Source of the DNA: a virus
Lineage: Duplodnaviria > Caudoviricetes
DNA: 64,000 nucleotides
IMG/VR virus record: IMGVR_UViG_2600255062_000003
Span: 32,001-96,000 of that record
Direction: 5' to 3' (one strand)
Positions within the stretch are counted from its first letter, which is position 1; every line of letters begins with the position of its first letter. The position numbers were made by a program, and so were the translations under genes. Below the pieces are notes generated by a model, which saw only the letters and a list, made by a program, of their open reading frames with translations, did no database searches and had not been told where the DNA came from. Positions 1-10,119 of this stretch are shown in pieces.

Positions 1-66
1 ATACAAATATACTTCGGACAATTCTTTCACCCTTTCTTATCAAAGGTACATTTTATTCATTCATGT

Positions 67-1059
67 TCATACTCTTACGCTTCTAACAGCTTTCTGTGAC
101 CTGTTCATTATAGATGGCTCTAACCTCTTATTTGCTATTTCTATGTATTTAGGTTCAGTCTCAAATCCAATAAAATTTCTATTATTTTTCAAGGCGGCAA
201 CAGCGGTAGTGCCAGAACCCATAAAGCAATCCAAGACTACGTCTCCTTCATTACTACTATGAAATATGATGTTTTCAACTAATTCTACTGGCTTTGCGGT
301 TATATGTCCTTGATTTCTAGCGGGTGGATATAACCAAACGTTACTGTTTGCTCTTAAATCCTGCTTTACATTTGCTACATTGAAAGGGTAGCGATCATTT
401 TCGTACGTTTTTAGTAAATGTTCGTAATCATATTCACCAATTAGAGAACAGATTAAATGCCAGTCCTGCTTTGTGGGAATGTTTTTTCCCAACATTACAT
501 TCGAACACCAACCAGTCGGATTTCCGTTTTTAGAGGTCTTTAATTTACGAAAATCAATCTCCCTTAGTCCTTTCTTTTTCATTTCGGCATGAATGATTTT
601 GGAAAAAGGAGTTTGAACATTCTCTTTTTGCAGCGTATAAAAGAAGCAGTACTCAGTAAACCCATTATAATAATTTCTCATCCCATTTATAGCTAATCTT
701 TGTTGTACGTACCCATAATTCTTGAAATCGGGATTAATTTTGTTCCATGTTATCATCTGCTTAAAATTGAATTCTGTATTTTCTTTTAACCAATTTTGTA
801 TATCCACAACTTGCAAAAAGTCATTATGAAAAAAATATAAGCTTCCTTTATCTTTTAGAACTCTTTCAATTTCTTTAAAGATCGATCCCATCCAATCTAT
901 GTAATTTTCTATATTATCCCATGATGCTTTGTTGATATTATAAGGAGGGTCAATTACAACCAACCCTATACTTTTGTCTGGAATCAACTTCAAACCCTCT
1001 ATACAATCCATTTGATAAATATGATTAAGTTTTATGCTTCCCATTTGTTCTATACTCAA
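67..1059 (-). CDS. DNA N6-adenine/N4-cytosine methyltransferase (beta class)
   Basis: DPPY motif N-terminal, VLDCFMGSGTT SAM-binding motif C-terminal. Confidence 0.92.
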   Translation of the reverse strand: MSIEQMGSIKLNHIYQMDCIEGLKLIPDKSIGLVVIDPPYNINKASWDNIENYIDWMGSIFKEIERVLKDKGSLYFFHNDFLQVVDIQNWLKENTEFNFKQMITWNKINPDFKNYGYVQQRLAINGMRNYYNGFTEYCFFYTLQKENVQTPFSKIIHAEMKKKGLREIDFRKLKTSKNGNPTGWCSNVMLGKNIPTKQDWHLICSLIGEYDYEHLLKTYENDRYPFNVANVKQDLRANSNVWLYPPARNQGHITAKPVELVENIIFHSSNEGDVVLDCFMGSGTTAVAALKNNRNFIGFETEPKYIEIANKRLEPSIMNRSQKAVRSVRV

Positions 1060-1110
1060 TTAACCAATCCTCTCTGTGACATATCGTGTTAAAATGTGCA
1101 TTTTATGAAA

Positions 1111-1425
1111 TTAATTATATTTTGGAACTAGTTTATTTACTTTAGAGTTATCTGCGAATTGAACAACTTTCATATTTACATCGGGTACGAATGTCAAAGC
1201 TTCAGCTACGGCATAGCTACCGTCTGGATTACGTTGTTGTGTAGATACTTGAACAAGACACCCGTTATGAAGGTTACACACCTTTGTTGATTTCATCCAT
1301 CCCTGCGACTCAGAACTCGCTTTACACAATAAGGAAAAAGTATCCCCATCGCCTATAGCTTTAATATCTGATATTTTTTCTTTTGCGTCCTTAATATTTT
1401 CTATGGATAAGTTTTTGTTTTCCAC
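1111..1425 (-). CDS. conserved phage hypothetical protein
   Basis: RBS, flanked by boundary sites 1090/1451. Confidence 0.75.
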   Translation of the reverse strand: MENKNLSIENIKDAKEKISDIKAIGDGDTFSLLCKASSESQGWMKSTKVCNLHNGCLVQVSTQQRNPDGSYAVAEALTFVPDVNMKVVQFADNSKVNKLVPKYN

Positions 1426-1471
1426 TTAGCATTTTCTCCCTTTTTCTTTATAAAATTTGACTTTTACTTGC

Positions 1472-1729
1472 TTAATAAATTTCTTTTATGTAATCGTATG
1501 TTTTCTCAAATACATCTGGTTTACATGGATAAATTTCTCCATTAACACCTTGGATGATATAATCACCAGCTTCTCCACGCATAATGCCTTCAAGTGTGTT
1601 GATTTCACAATGAGTAGAGTGAGTAATAATATCATTTGATGAAACTTTATCACAAAACCAATCAGGTCTATCTTCAATCCAGTATCTAAATGCTTCAACT
1701 TCTACAGGTTTTTTGCGGTAAAGTGCCAC
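1472..1729 (-). CDS. conserved phage protein (YRKKPV...TLEG...GDYII...YPCKPD family)
   Basis: Widespread phage motif pattern; RBS AAGGAG. Confidence 0.8.
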   Translation of the reverse strand: MALYRKKPVEVEAFRYWIEDRPDWFCDKVSSNDIITHSTHCEINTLEGIMRGEAGDYIIQGVNGEIYPCKPDVFEKTYDYIKEIY

Positions 1730-1961
1730 TTTAACATTCTCCTTTATAATTTCTAATCAAATGCGGCATTTATTAAATATTCATTCAACCTTATGTTTAT
1801 TTAAATATTCTGAAGTGACTTTATCTTTTTCCAAATTATATTTATCCAACAAAAAGCTCAATAAGTCAATATCACTTACTTCCGTCCCGTTGCAAAATGG
1901 GCAATATTTAGGAGAAATACTAGTGTCATCAATGATATCGTCAATCTCGTAATCACCATCA

Positions 1962-2537
1962 TCAATACCAAACTTCTCCATGAGTATCGTGCTTAAAACT
2001 GTTACATACACGGCATGCTGGAACACAATTATCAATTCCATTACTTCCTTCAGGATCATAATGATCTTTATGGAGTTGTTGATTAAACATGTGTTTATGT
2101 TCTTTTTCAAGCAAACCGCAATAAGCACAAGAATTCTCAAAGAACGACTTACACTCTGACCACTCTATAATATTGAAAGTGTGCTTCTTGTTGGAATTTC
2201 GAATACTATGATACCCTTTTGAAAATTCTTTTCCTAATTCGCTTTTTTGCCAATCAGAATAATACTCCTTCCATCGTTCTTGATTGTCTATTTTCCATTT
2301 TTTCGCTCTTTCGTTTACCATATCTTTATTTTTTCTTCTCCATTCTCTTTTTTTTGGAAGATAAGACTCTCGGTTATCGTGATAATACTTCAACTGTTTT
2401 GTCTTATAACAAACCTTACACCACGAAGACAAAGTTTTTCCTTGCTTATAAAAGTGTTCTAATGTGGCAGGATACTCTTGGTTACATTTAGTACATTTCT
2501 TTTCGTTTATTACTCTATCTCCTTTCTGTAAAACCAC
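1962..2537 (-). CDS. HNH endonuclease with N-terminal Zn finger
   Basis: CxxC pairs; CAYCG...DH...N..PACRVCN. Confidence 0.85.
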   Translation of the reverse strand: MVLQKGDRVINEKKCTKCNQEYPATLEHFYKQGKTLSSWCKVCYKTKQLKYYHDNRESYLPKKREWRRKNKDMVNERAKKWKIDNQERWKEYYSDWQKSELGKEFSKGYHSIRNSNKKHTFNIIEWSECKSFFENSCAYCGLLEKEHKHMFNQQLHKDHYDPEGSNGIDNCVPACRVCNSFKHDTHGEVWY

Positions 2538-2809
2538 TATTTTATTTTGAGATATTTATTCAATATTCGCTTAAAAATATCCTTATCTTCACTACTAACC
2601 TTAACGAATCTTTCTTTTTCTTCCTCATGAATAACCGTATTATCAACAATCATATTTACAATTTCATTGTTATGATCTATTTCCGTGTAAATTGATGTCG
2701 TTTGAGCAACATGATCCCCTGCCATGTATGGTTGAGATGGATTCTTTTTCTCTACAACTTCTTCAATAGTAATCAAAAGATTTCTATTTTTAGTCAATTG
2801 GCTACACAC
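2537..2809 (-). CDS. hypothetical protein
   Basis: ORF translationally coupled to the HNH gene. Confidence 0.6.
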   Translation of the reverse strand: MCSQLTKNRNLLITIEEVVEKKNPSQPYMAGDHVAQTTSIYTEIDHNNEIVNMIVDNTVIHEEEKERFVKVSSEDKDIFKRILNKYLKIK

Positions 2810-2840
2810 TCACTTTTCATCAAACTTGTATTTTACTTAC

Positions 2841-3083
2841 CTAATCGTCGTAGTCAGTATCGTCTTCAACCTGAAATACTGAGTTACAGTTTGGACATTT
2901 ACATTGATGTGGAGATTCATCATAAAATCTATATTGATTACCTGCTCCACAATTAACACAACGAAAATATCCTTGCATCCACCCACTTATTTTTTCGGGG
3001 GTTTCGCAATTTACTGAATAAACAAGATATTCTTTTGCTCCATCGTATGGAGGTTTATAATTAAATAGTGTTAGTTGTGTCAC
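2841..3083 (-). CDS. small zinc-ribbon protein
   Basis: CVNC...CPNC; RBS GGAG. Confidence 0.7.
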   Translation of the reverse strand: MTQLTLFNYKPPYDGAKEYLVYSVNCETPEKISGWMQGYFRCVNCGAGNQYRFYDESPHQCKCPNCNSVFQVEDDTDYDD

Positions 3084-3110
3084 TATTAAGCTCCTCTATT
3101 TATTTATGCA

Positions 3111-3350
3111 TTAAAACGTTCTACATCCTTTATGATACTGCTTGCCTTTATACTTGAATTTAGCTATAAACGTTTTAATAAGAATCAAAGTATCATTTAC
3201 TCGTTCTAGAACAATTACTCCGTATCTAGTCATCCATCTAATCTTACCTTGAACATTTGGGAGTGAAGCCACCTCTTTAATAAGGCGACCCACTCCAATG
3301 TTGCTCTGCTCACATCTAACTCGCGCATGTTCGCTGATCTTGATTCTCAT
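3111..3350 (-). CDS. hypothetical protein
   Basis: ORF, operon context. Confidence 0.6.
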   Translation of the reverse strand: MRIKISEHARVRCEQSNIGVGRLIKEVASLPNVQGKIRWMTRYGVIVLERVNDTLILIKTFIAKFKYKGKQYHKGCRTF

Positions 3351-3354
3351 AAAA

Positions 3355-3576
3355 TCACCGTTTTACAGACTTAAGAGCCTTGCGCACTTTTGCAAATTTC
3401 GTGAGCGTTGCCCCTTCTTTTTGTCCATTCACGGCAGGCTTAACAAATTGATACTTCAATCCTTGTTTAATTGCGATACGTTTTGCTTCTTTTACTGCTC
3501 CAAGATAGTCAGTTGGTAGATTGTTGATTACCGCGCTTTTGTTTTGTGTGTTTACTGCGATTCCGTAAAATTTCAT
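3355..3576 (-). CDS. hypothetical protein
   Basis: RBS GGAG, operon context. Confidence 0.65.
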   Translation of the reverse strand: MKFYGIAVNTQNKSAVINNLPTDYLGAVKEAKRIAIKQGLKYQFVKPAVNGQKEGATLTKFAKVRKALKSVKR

Positions 3577-3608
3577 ATGTATATTTCTCCGTTCATATAT
3601 GTATTTTT

Positions 3609-5246
3609 TTACTTATTTTCTCTGTAGTCTTCTATAAATAGTTGGAGCGTTTTGGTAACTTTGAATTTTGGTCTATAAACTTTCCATACATTTATATTTA
3701 ATGTTCCAATTGCTTCAATCTCACTAAAGACTGGAACACTTTTATAGTAATTTACGTCAGTCTTAAACTTCATAAGCTGAAGCTTGTCGCAGTCAATTTT
3801 AACGGTGTTGTTGGACTGGCCCATCAACTTCTTATCTGATACAAACAACCCTTTAATAAGAAATCTACCCTGTTTGAATTTATTGCCTGTGATCCGATAG
3901 AATTCAGAAAGATAGTTGATTAGATTTTCGTTTACCTGATTGATGTCAAATTCAAGGTCATAATATAATGAATTATCTGCAACAAAATTCTGAAGCTTTC
4001 CGTTAAGCTCTTGACGTAATACTTCAATGTCTTTTTTCAACAATTGAAGTCCACCAGCTCCATCATGTCCACCTGTATGAATAACGTTATTGCAATCACC
4101 AAGCATATCTAACATTGAAAAATCTTCTAAACCTCGAAAGCTTCCTGCATATGTATCTTCACTGTCTCCATTGCCAAGTACAATTGCTGGCCTACTATAT
4201 GTTCTGGACAGTTCTTGCGCTACTAGTCCATTCATCCCTTTTCCAAGAGTATGATCAATAACAATAACAACTTTGTCATTTGCGTTAACCAAAGGCTTCA
4301 ATCTAACTAATGCTTCAGCTTGAACAACTTTACGTTTTTCATTTAACTTGATCAATTCTTTTACTATCGCTTTAATTTCTGGCGAGTCTTCATCACACAT
4401 CAAGAAGTCTATTGCTAATTGAATATTATCTGCTCTCGTGGCTGCCGTAACAGCAGGGCTTACTCCATAAAGAAAGTCCGTTGCTGAAAGGTTATTTAAG
4501 TCAAAGTTCATAGCTGCAAATAACACTTTTAATCCAGCATGTCGTAATCCCTTCAAGGACAGTTTCGCAAAATATCTATTCTCTAACTCCATCATTGACA
4601 TCATGTCTGCCATCAATGAAAATCCCGGCAAGTCAGATAGTTGATTTGCATAATGTGTATCCATGTAATCATCAATTACCTGGCAAACCTTGAACACAAG
4701 TAATCCACCACAAGCATTTTTATTTGGATATTTGCAGTCTGCTAACTGAGGATTTACTATGGTGGCATAAGGATTGTCATTAGTAATAGCATGATGATCA
4801 ATAATTAAGCATTCAATACCCTTGTCTACTAATATCTTCATTGATTCTGTATCATTACTTGAACTATCTACAGCAATAAATAGCTTTGTATGCTCAGGAA
4901 TTTGATCAATCAAATTATTAATCGAGTGACCTTCACTTCTTTCATTGCATACATAATGAACATCGTCAGTGAAATTTTTTAGATACTTGTACAGTAATAC
5001 TAGCGATGTTACGCCATCATAATCTGGATCTCCAGATATCGTGACTGTTTCATGTTTTCTGATTGCTGAAATAATCCTAGTTACTAATGAATCAATATTT
5101 TTGAGTAAATATGGGCTACATATTACATTAGATAGTGGATTTAGAAATTGGTCTATATCTTCGATGCCATTGATTTTAGCCAACTTACTATATGTATTGT
5201 CATAAGGCTCAAATGGGATTTTAGGTTGCTTTTGCTTCCAAGCTAT
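3609..5246 (-). CDS. recJ: RecJ-like DHH single-stranded DNA exonuclease (SPbeta YorK-like); probable ATA start at 5246
   Basis: GDPDYDG, IIDHH, GGHDGAGG motifs; open frame extends to an ATA 8 nt after AAGGAGTG. Confidence 0.9.
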   Translation of the reverse strand: MAWKQKQPKIPFEPYDNTYSKLAKINGIEDIDQFLNPLSNVICSPYLLKNIDSLVTRIISAIRKHETVTISGDPDYDGVTSLVLLYKYLKNFTDDVHYVCNERSEGHSINNLIDQIPEHTKLFIAVDSSSNDTESMKILVDKGIECLIIDHHAITNDNPYATIVNPQLADCKYPNKNACGGLLVFKVCQVIDDYMDTHYANQLSDLPGFSLMADMMSMMELENRYFAKLSLKGLRHAGLKVLFAAMNFDLNNLSATDFLYGVSPAVTAATRADNIQLAIDFLMCDEDSPEIKAIVKELIKLNEKRKVVQAEALVRLKPLVNANDKVVIVIDHTLGKGMNGLVAQELSRTYSRPAIVLGNGDSEDTYAGSFRGLEDFSMLDMLGDCNNVIHTGGHDGAGGLQLLKKDIEVLRQELNGKLQNFVADNSLYYDLEFDINQVNENLINYLSEFYRITGNKFKQGRFLIKGLFVSDKKLMGQSNNTVKIDCDKLQLMKFKTDVNYYKSVPVFSEIEAIGTLNINVWKVYRPKFKVTKTLQLFIEDYRENK

Positions 5247-5445
5247 GGTTAAATCACTCCTTAATACCTTTTATTGAATACTTATTTTGAATTTTTCAGG
5301 TAGTGTAATTTTAAGGTTACTGTTAATTGCTTTCATAAAACTATAAGTGAGATACCTATTTTCTCTTCCTGTCTGTTTATTGACGATCCTAATATTTGCT
5401 TTTTGTTGCAAATCAATCACTCCAGTTCAGGATATTTTTATCTCT

Positions 5446-5715
5446 CTATTTTCGTGCAGGCACAACATGTGGAATTCCTCGTTGTTTATCCTTAATAAAT
5501 ATTTCATTCGTGTCCAAATTTACAATTTGATAGTCTTTGTACATATCTACGTACCACCACAATACATAAGCGACATGCTCTAATGTGTTCCATACTGTTG
5601 CTCTATCAGTGGTTTCAACATCTTCATATGGATGATCAGTACCCGAATCTACATGTAAGAGATACTTATTTGTTGCCGCATCTTGAATTACAAACCTGTA
5701 GTGTTCATCTGTCAT
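5446..5715 (-). CDS. hypothetical protein
   Basis: RBS GAGGAGG. Confidence 0.7.
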   Translation of the reverse strand: MTDEHYRFVIQDAATNKYLLHVDSGTDHPYEDVETTDRATVWNTLEHVAYVLWWYVDMYKDYQIVNLDTNEIFIKDKQRGIPHVVPARK

Positions 5716-6170
5716 TGATGTTCCTCCTCTCTGAACGTATTAATCCTTAATAACATTTAAGAATCTGAGGCCTAAAATAAAGTCTCCGTGATTAACATTG
5801 GTTTCAGTGGTTGTCCATTCTGTTTCATATCCATGCGCCATCAATATAGACTGAATTTCATTTATAAATTCTCCTTGCTCCTCTTGGTTGTAACGATAAA
5901 AATTCATTTTATTCCACCTTATAAAATAGTAGTTTTACCCATTTTTCATATTGTGACGTAGTATGTTTATTTCCATTTGAGCCAATCTAAGTTGTTCTTT
6001 AAGCAAGAAAGCATATTCGACTGACCCTTTGCTGGCTTCTTTTATCTTTTTATCAATCTTTTTCATCTGCTTATCAATTACTGAGATACTTTCTATTGTC
6101 ATACTCATTTCATTGTTCATAGTTACCCATCACTCCTTTTTATAAAATCTTGTTTTTACTCCCACTCTCC

Positions 6171-6746
6171 TCAAAAGATACCCATTTTATAATACTTAAT
6201 TATTCTCCATTCCCCATTAGAGATATATTTGTTTACTGTATTTACATTAATCTCATAGGTATTTAAAGTATCAACGTGTACAATAGAATACTTATCTCCT
6301 AATTTAGTAGCATAATATTCAAATCCATTCTGATTTTTAAAATAAAATGAATCTTTTAGTTCAATTTCGTTCTTGGTATTATTTTTGTTTGTTATCTCAT
6401 CAAGCTCTTTAAGCAGAGAATACATCGCTTTATCTTTCAAAGAAATCAACTCATTAATATATTCATCTGTAAATCCATTTCTTCTCATATCAATTTGCTG
6501 CTTTAAATAACTAATCCGTTTTTCTTTCTCCACTCGTTCTACATGGCTCTTGGTGTCCACCTTGGACACAATCCATCTTGTAGGCTTAACCCCTTGATGA
6601 GAATTCGAAATTCTCAGTACTCTACCTGTCTCATAGCCTTTTTGAGTGTCACAAACAACTAAATCGTCTTTTTTTAATTCAATATCAGTGTAGAATGCGT
6701 ATGGCGTTGGACTCCCATTATGTTTTACAATTGCAATTTTAGTCAT
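6171..6746 (-). CDS. hypothetical phage protein
   Basis: RBS AGGAG before ATG at 6746. Confidence 0.7.
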   Translation of the reverse strand: MTKIAIVKHNGSPTPYAFYTDIELKKDDLVVCDTQKGYETGRVLRISNSHQGVKPTRWIVSKVDTKSHVERVEKEKRISYLKQQIDMRRNGFTDEYINELISLKDKAMYSLLKELDEITNKNNTKNEIELKDSFYFKNQNGFEYYATKLGDKYSIVHVDTLNTYEINVNTVNKYISNGEWRIIKYYKMGIF

Positions 6747-7253
6747 ATGTATTATTCTCCTTTTTATCTGCTGTTTTTCTGAGACCAATTTTTGTATTCA
6801 TCTGATCTAATAGCAAAATAATCACCATCATGCTGAAAATATTTATAAGCAATAAGTTTATTAGCCGTGTTTTTTATATTCACTCTATCCCCCATAGTTA
6901 CGGGAATCCATTGATACAGCTCATTTACTTCATCAAGCCAAGTTAAGAAGTTCTCCCATTCGAGCTTTGATACAGTTTGAAAGTCGTCTGATTTGAACAA
7001 ATCATCACATCATTTCGTAAAAGTATATTTTTATTCGAAAAATTGTTTTAGATCCTCAATACCATCTCGAAGTTTTCCAAGGTCACTATTAATATCGTCT
7101 TCAATTTGCTCACTTTCGGGAATGTCCTCAAAAACTTCATCCCAACTGATAATTTGTAGGTTGTGCAATGCTTTTTCCATTTCTAGAACTACTTCTTTAG
7201 CTTGTCTAATGTTCATATGTATTCTCCCTTTTAATATATTTGCCTTATTTATT

Positions 7254-7643
7254 TTAACTAATTTGTTCAATCTTATATTCATTGATGATGTGCTCTAGGC
7301 TACGCTTTTGATCTTCGGTCAACATCAGTGCATAATTTACCAATGTCTTTTCTTTTGGTAAAGGCTTATCGATTTCTTCGTATGTGACGCTTGAAATCTC
7401 ATCAACCCAATACAATCTGTCACCAACATCTTGTTTGGCACTTACAATATCTGCATGAATATTAACACTATAAAATTTGTCTGCTACTTTACAAATAAGT
7501 GACGCTTCATCCTCGTAATACCCTTGTCCACAATCTAAGTAGTCTCTACCGATATCTTTAAAGTGCTCTACGATATCATTTTCTTTGGTTAAATATACTT
7601 CGTCTTCAATTACACCATATTCATCAATCAGATACTGTTCCAT
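7254..7643 (-). CDS. acidic hypothetical protein
   Basis: RBS AGGAG. Confidence 0.7.
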   Translation of the reverse strand: MEQYLIDEYGVIEDEVYLTKENDIVEHFKDIGRDYLDCGQGYYEDEASLICKVADKFYSVNIHADIVSAKQDVGDRLYWVDEISSVTYEEIDKPLPKEKTLVNYALMLTEDQKRSLEHIINEYKIEQIS

Positions 7644-7657
7644 ATGTATTGCTCCTT

Positions 7658-7972
7658 TTACAAACTATTTAGGGCTTCTCTGCCTCTCTCATCCAGCATT
7701 TTTGAATCAAAAATCAAATGTTTTCGTTCAAGGTCACTATTGTCAGAATCCCAACTTCTTCTCTCATTAAAGTATTCAAATGAATCTTCTGACAAATTTA
7801 ACAACTCTGTATCTCTATATCTACTTTTCAAAACATAGTACCGATCTTTATCTGGATGTTCAATTAGAATTACACTTGGAGTCCATGTAATTGATTTGCT
7901 TGGTAAAGAATGTCTGATTATGTTGAGTTTTTCACTGTCTTCAATAAATAAAATATTCAACGTTCTTACCAC
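7658..7972 (-). CDS. hypothetical protein
   Basis: ORF next to site 7982. Confidence 0.6.
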   Translation of the reverse strand: MVRTLNILFIEDSEKLNIIRHSLPSKSITWTPSVILIEHPDKDRYYVLKSRYRDTELLNLSEDSFEYFNERRSWDSDNSDLERKHLIFDSKMLDERGREALNSL

Positions 7973-8265
7973 CTTTCTTGGTAAAATTCAAATTTTACAA
8001 AGAAGTTATCTTCCTATTGGGGTATACTCGACTACCTCAAATTCATCTCTTATCGTCTTGACGATTTTTTCTTGACCTTCTTGCCCCAGTTCCCACCAGT
8101 CAAAGCCTTTATAATTGTATCTTGCTTCGTCATAGGAGTCTGATGTGATAACTCCGTTTGCTGCTCCCTTGGTTGTGTACACCAGTTTACGACCTTTGCA
8201 TTGATAGGGCTGACCATTTCTATATATAACAAAAACTGTTTCGTTTTTTATTTGTAGTGATATTG

Positions 8266-8595
8266 TTAATCATCCTCTCTGTATGAAATGATCTGTGCTC
8301 CAATGATGATATCCTCAATATCACGAATCTCAATAGTCAAAGTGTCTTGGTCATTAAACAGTACAACTTCCTCTATGTATCCATATTCATTAACAATGTT
8401 TACGTGTGCTCTGTTAAGTTCGTGATCAATGGGAACAAAGTTTCCATATTCAACTGCCTGAAGCGCGGCCTCCAAAATCGACTTGCCCATTGTATTACCA
8501 CCAACTTCATAAATTAAGGCACCAACATAGTCTTCATACATTAGGCTAACTTTCACCTGATGAATTTTACGATTATTTACCTCATAATACTTCAT
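8266..8595 (-). CDS. hypothetical protein
   Basis: RBS AGGAG. Confidence 0.7.
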   Translation of the reverse strand: MKYYEVNNRKIHQVKVSLMYEDYVGALIYEVGGNTMGKSILEAALQAVEYGNFVPIDHELNRAHVNIVNEYGYIEEVVLFNDQDTLTIEIRDIEDIIIGAQIISYREDD

Positions 8596-8705
8596 TTTGT
8601 CGTTTCTCCTTTCTAGATAAATTCCAACTTTGATAAAGAAATTGAGAGGTTGTTAACTATGGATGGTCTATGATCAACCTCAACTATGTATCAATTTTTA
8701 AATGA

Positions 8706-8948
8706 TTATTTTTGTTTATAAAACTCTTTTTTGCAGCATAACATAAAAGTTGTTGATTCTCTGCCATCATCGTTAATTATGAATAGCTCCGCTTCCCCCA
8801 AGCTACTTGCATTAGCTTCCCACCTGCCTAACTCATAAATTTTCCCCTCCGTCACCTTTAATCCTTGGTGCATCTTCGATTTAATCAAAACATGAGTTGC
8901 CGTGTCTAAATTCTCTGTGAGAATTAGATCAGCAAGTAGAATAGACAT
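8706..8948 (-). CDS. hypothetical protein
   Basis: RBS GGAG; own promoter TTGACA-17-TATAAT at ~8977-9005. Confidence 0.7.
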   Translation of the reverse strand: MSILLADLILTENLDTATHVLIKSKMHQGLKVTEGKIYELGRWEANASSLGEAELFIINDDGRESTTFMLCCKKEFYKQK

Positions 8949-9063
8949 GCGACCATCTCCCTTGTTTCATATTACGATTATATTTGTTTATATGTTATTT
9001 GTCAACATTTAATGTGATTATATTAGTTTATATGTAGTGTGTGTGATAAAACCTACATTTTAC

Positions 9064-10101
9064 TCAGATAGGTATCTTGTATTTTTCTTGATTCATTAAT
9101 GTCATAAAAAATTCCAATCCTTTGTCTATGGGAGCATCTTTTTCTTCAAGCACATTTCTGTTTTTATGCGCCAAAATACAATAAACGTTATCTCTGATAA
9201 CAAATTTACTCGCTTCCTCTTTTATATCAGCAGCACTTATGTTGTTATCGAAGGCCAATATAACCTCTACGCCTAAACGCTCAAGCTTCAACACCTGCGT
9301 TTTACTTAACTCGTGTCCACCTACACTCACAGTGTGCTTAATACCATAGCTCCACGCCTTCTGAACGCTCTTCTCAGCTTCCCATACAATTACTCTACCA
9401 GCCTTTTTTATATGATTGTATGTCTTATCTAAGCCATATAGGATCTGGCTCTTTGGGGTTGGTATAGGGAACCAATATTTAGATGTTTTTAGTGTTTTAT
9501 AATCAAGCGTAGTTCTTCCTTTGACCCCAACAAGCGTCCCCAGTTCATCTCTGATCGGTATTGTTATACAGTTATCCCTTAGAGAATACCCAACTTCAAA
9601 CAATCTCTGCGTATCGCAATTTATTCCTTCATCAAGAAATAGTTTATTTGGGATAGATATGTAAGAGTTTAGAATAGATTCATCTACTTTTCTTAGCGGA
9701 ACTTCATCGTAAGCTTCGGTCTTTGGTTCTATTAAATCTAGAAACTGAAGACATGGATCTATTTCTGCTTTTGTATATTTATAATCAGCGTAATAACTAT
9801 AACCACAAACTTCACAAATATAGTACATGGCCTTTGAAAAGGAGATATCTTTATAATGTTGAACAAGTGTTATAATGTCTGGATGCCCACTACCTAGTTT
9901 GGGCAGGGGGTTCGTATAGCAATTTACAAGTAAAGTATCAGTAAAAACCTGAAGACTAGAAGGGTTATCTCCTCCCGGCCTTGTCGATCTTATTTCCCCA
10001 TAACTAGACATCCTATCATTAATATGACAACCGAGAGATGTTAAAATATCTGCAACTTTATTGTCTTTTATTATGTTTTCTTTTAAAGTTTGGGCGTCAA
10101 T
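9064..10101 (-). CDS. DNA primase (TOPRIM); probable ATT start at 10101
   Basis: IPIRDE.G.LVG.KGR, WEAEKSV, LAFDND-like TOPRIM motifs; GAGGTG 7 nt before an in-frame ATT. Confidence 0.88.
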   Translation of the reverse strand: MDAQTLKENIIKDNKVADILTSLGCHINDRMSSYGEIRSTRPGGDNPSSLQVFTDTLLVNCYTNPLPKLGSGHPDIITLVQHYKDISFSKAMYYICEVCGYSYYADYKYTKAEIDPCLQFLDLIEPKTEAYDEVPLRKVDESILNSYISIPNKLFLDEGINCDTQRLFEVGYSLRDNCITIPIRDELGTLVGVKGRTTLDYKTLKTSKYWFPIPTPKSQILYGLDKTYNHIKKAGRVIVWEAEKSVQKAWSYGIKHTVSVGGHELSKTQVLKLERLGVEVILAFDNNISAADIKEEASKFVIRDNVYCILAHKNRNVLEEKDAPIDKGLEFFMTLMNQEKYKIPI

Positions 10102-10119
10102 TTTAAATCACCTCTCAAG

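Noticed and set aside
1472-1729. Assignment as a named anti-defence sponge (Tad/Acb)
   Set aside because: Cannot match it to a characterised family from sequence alone.
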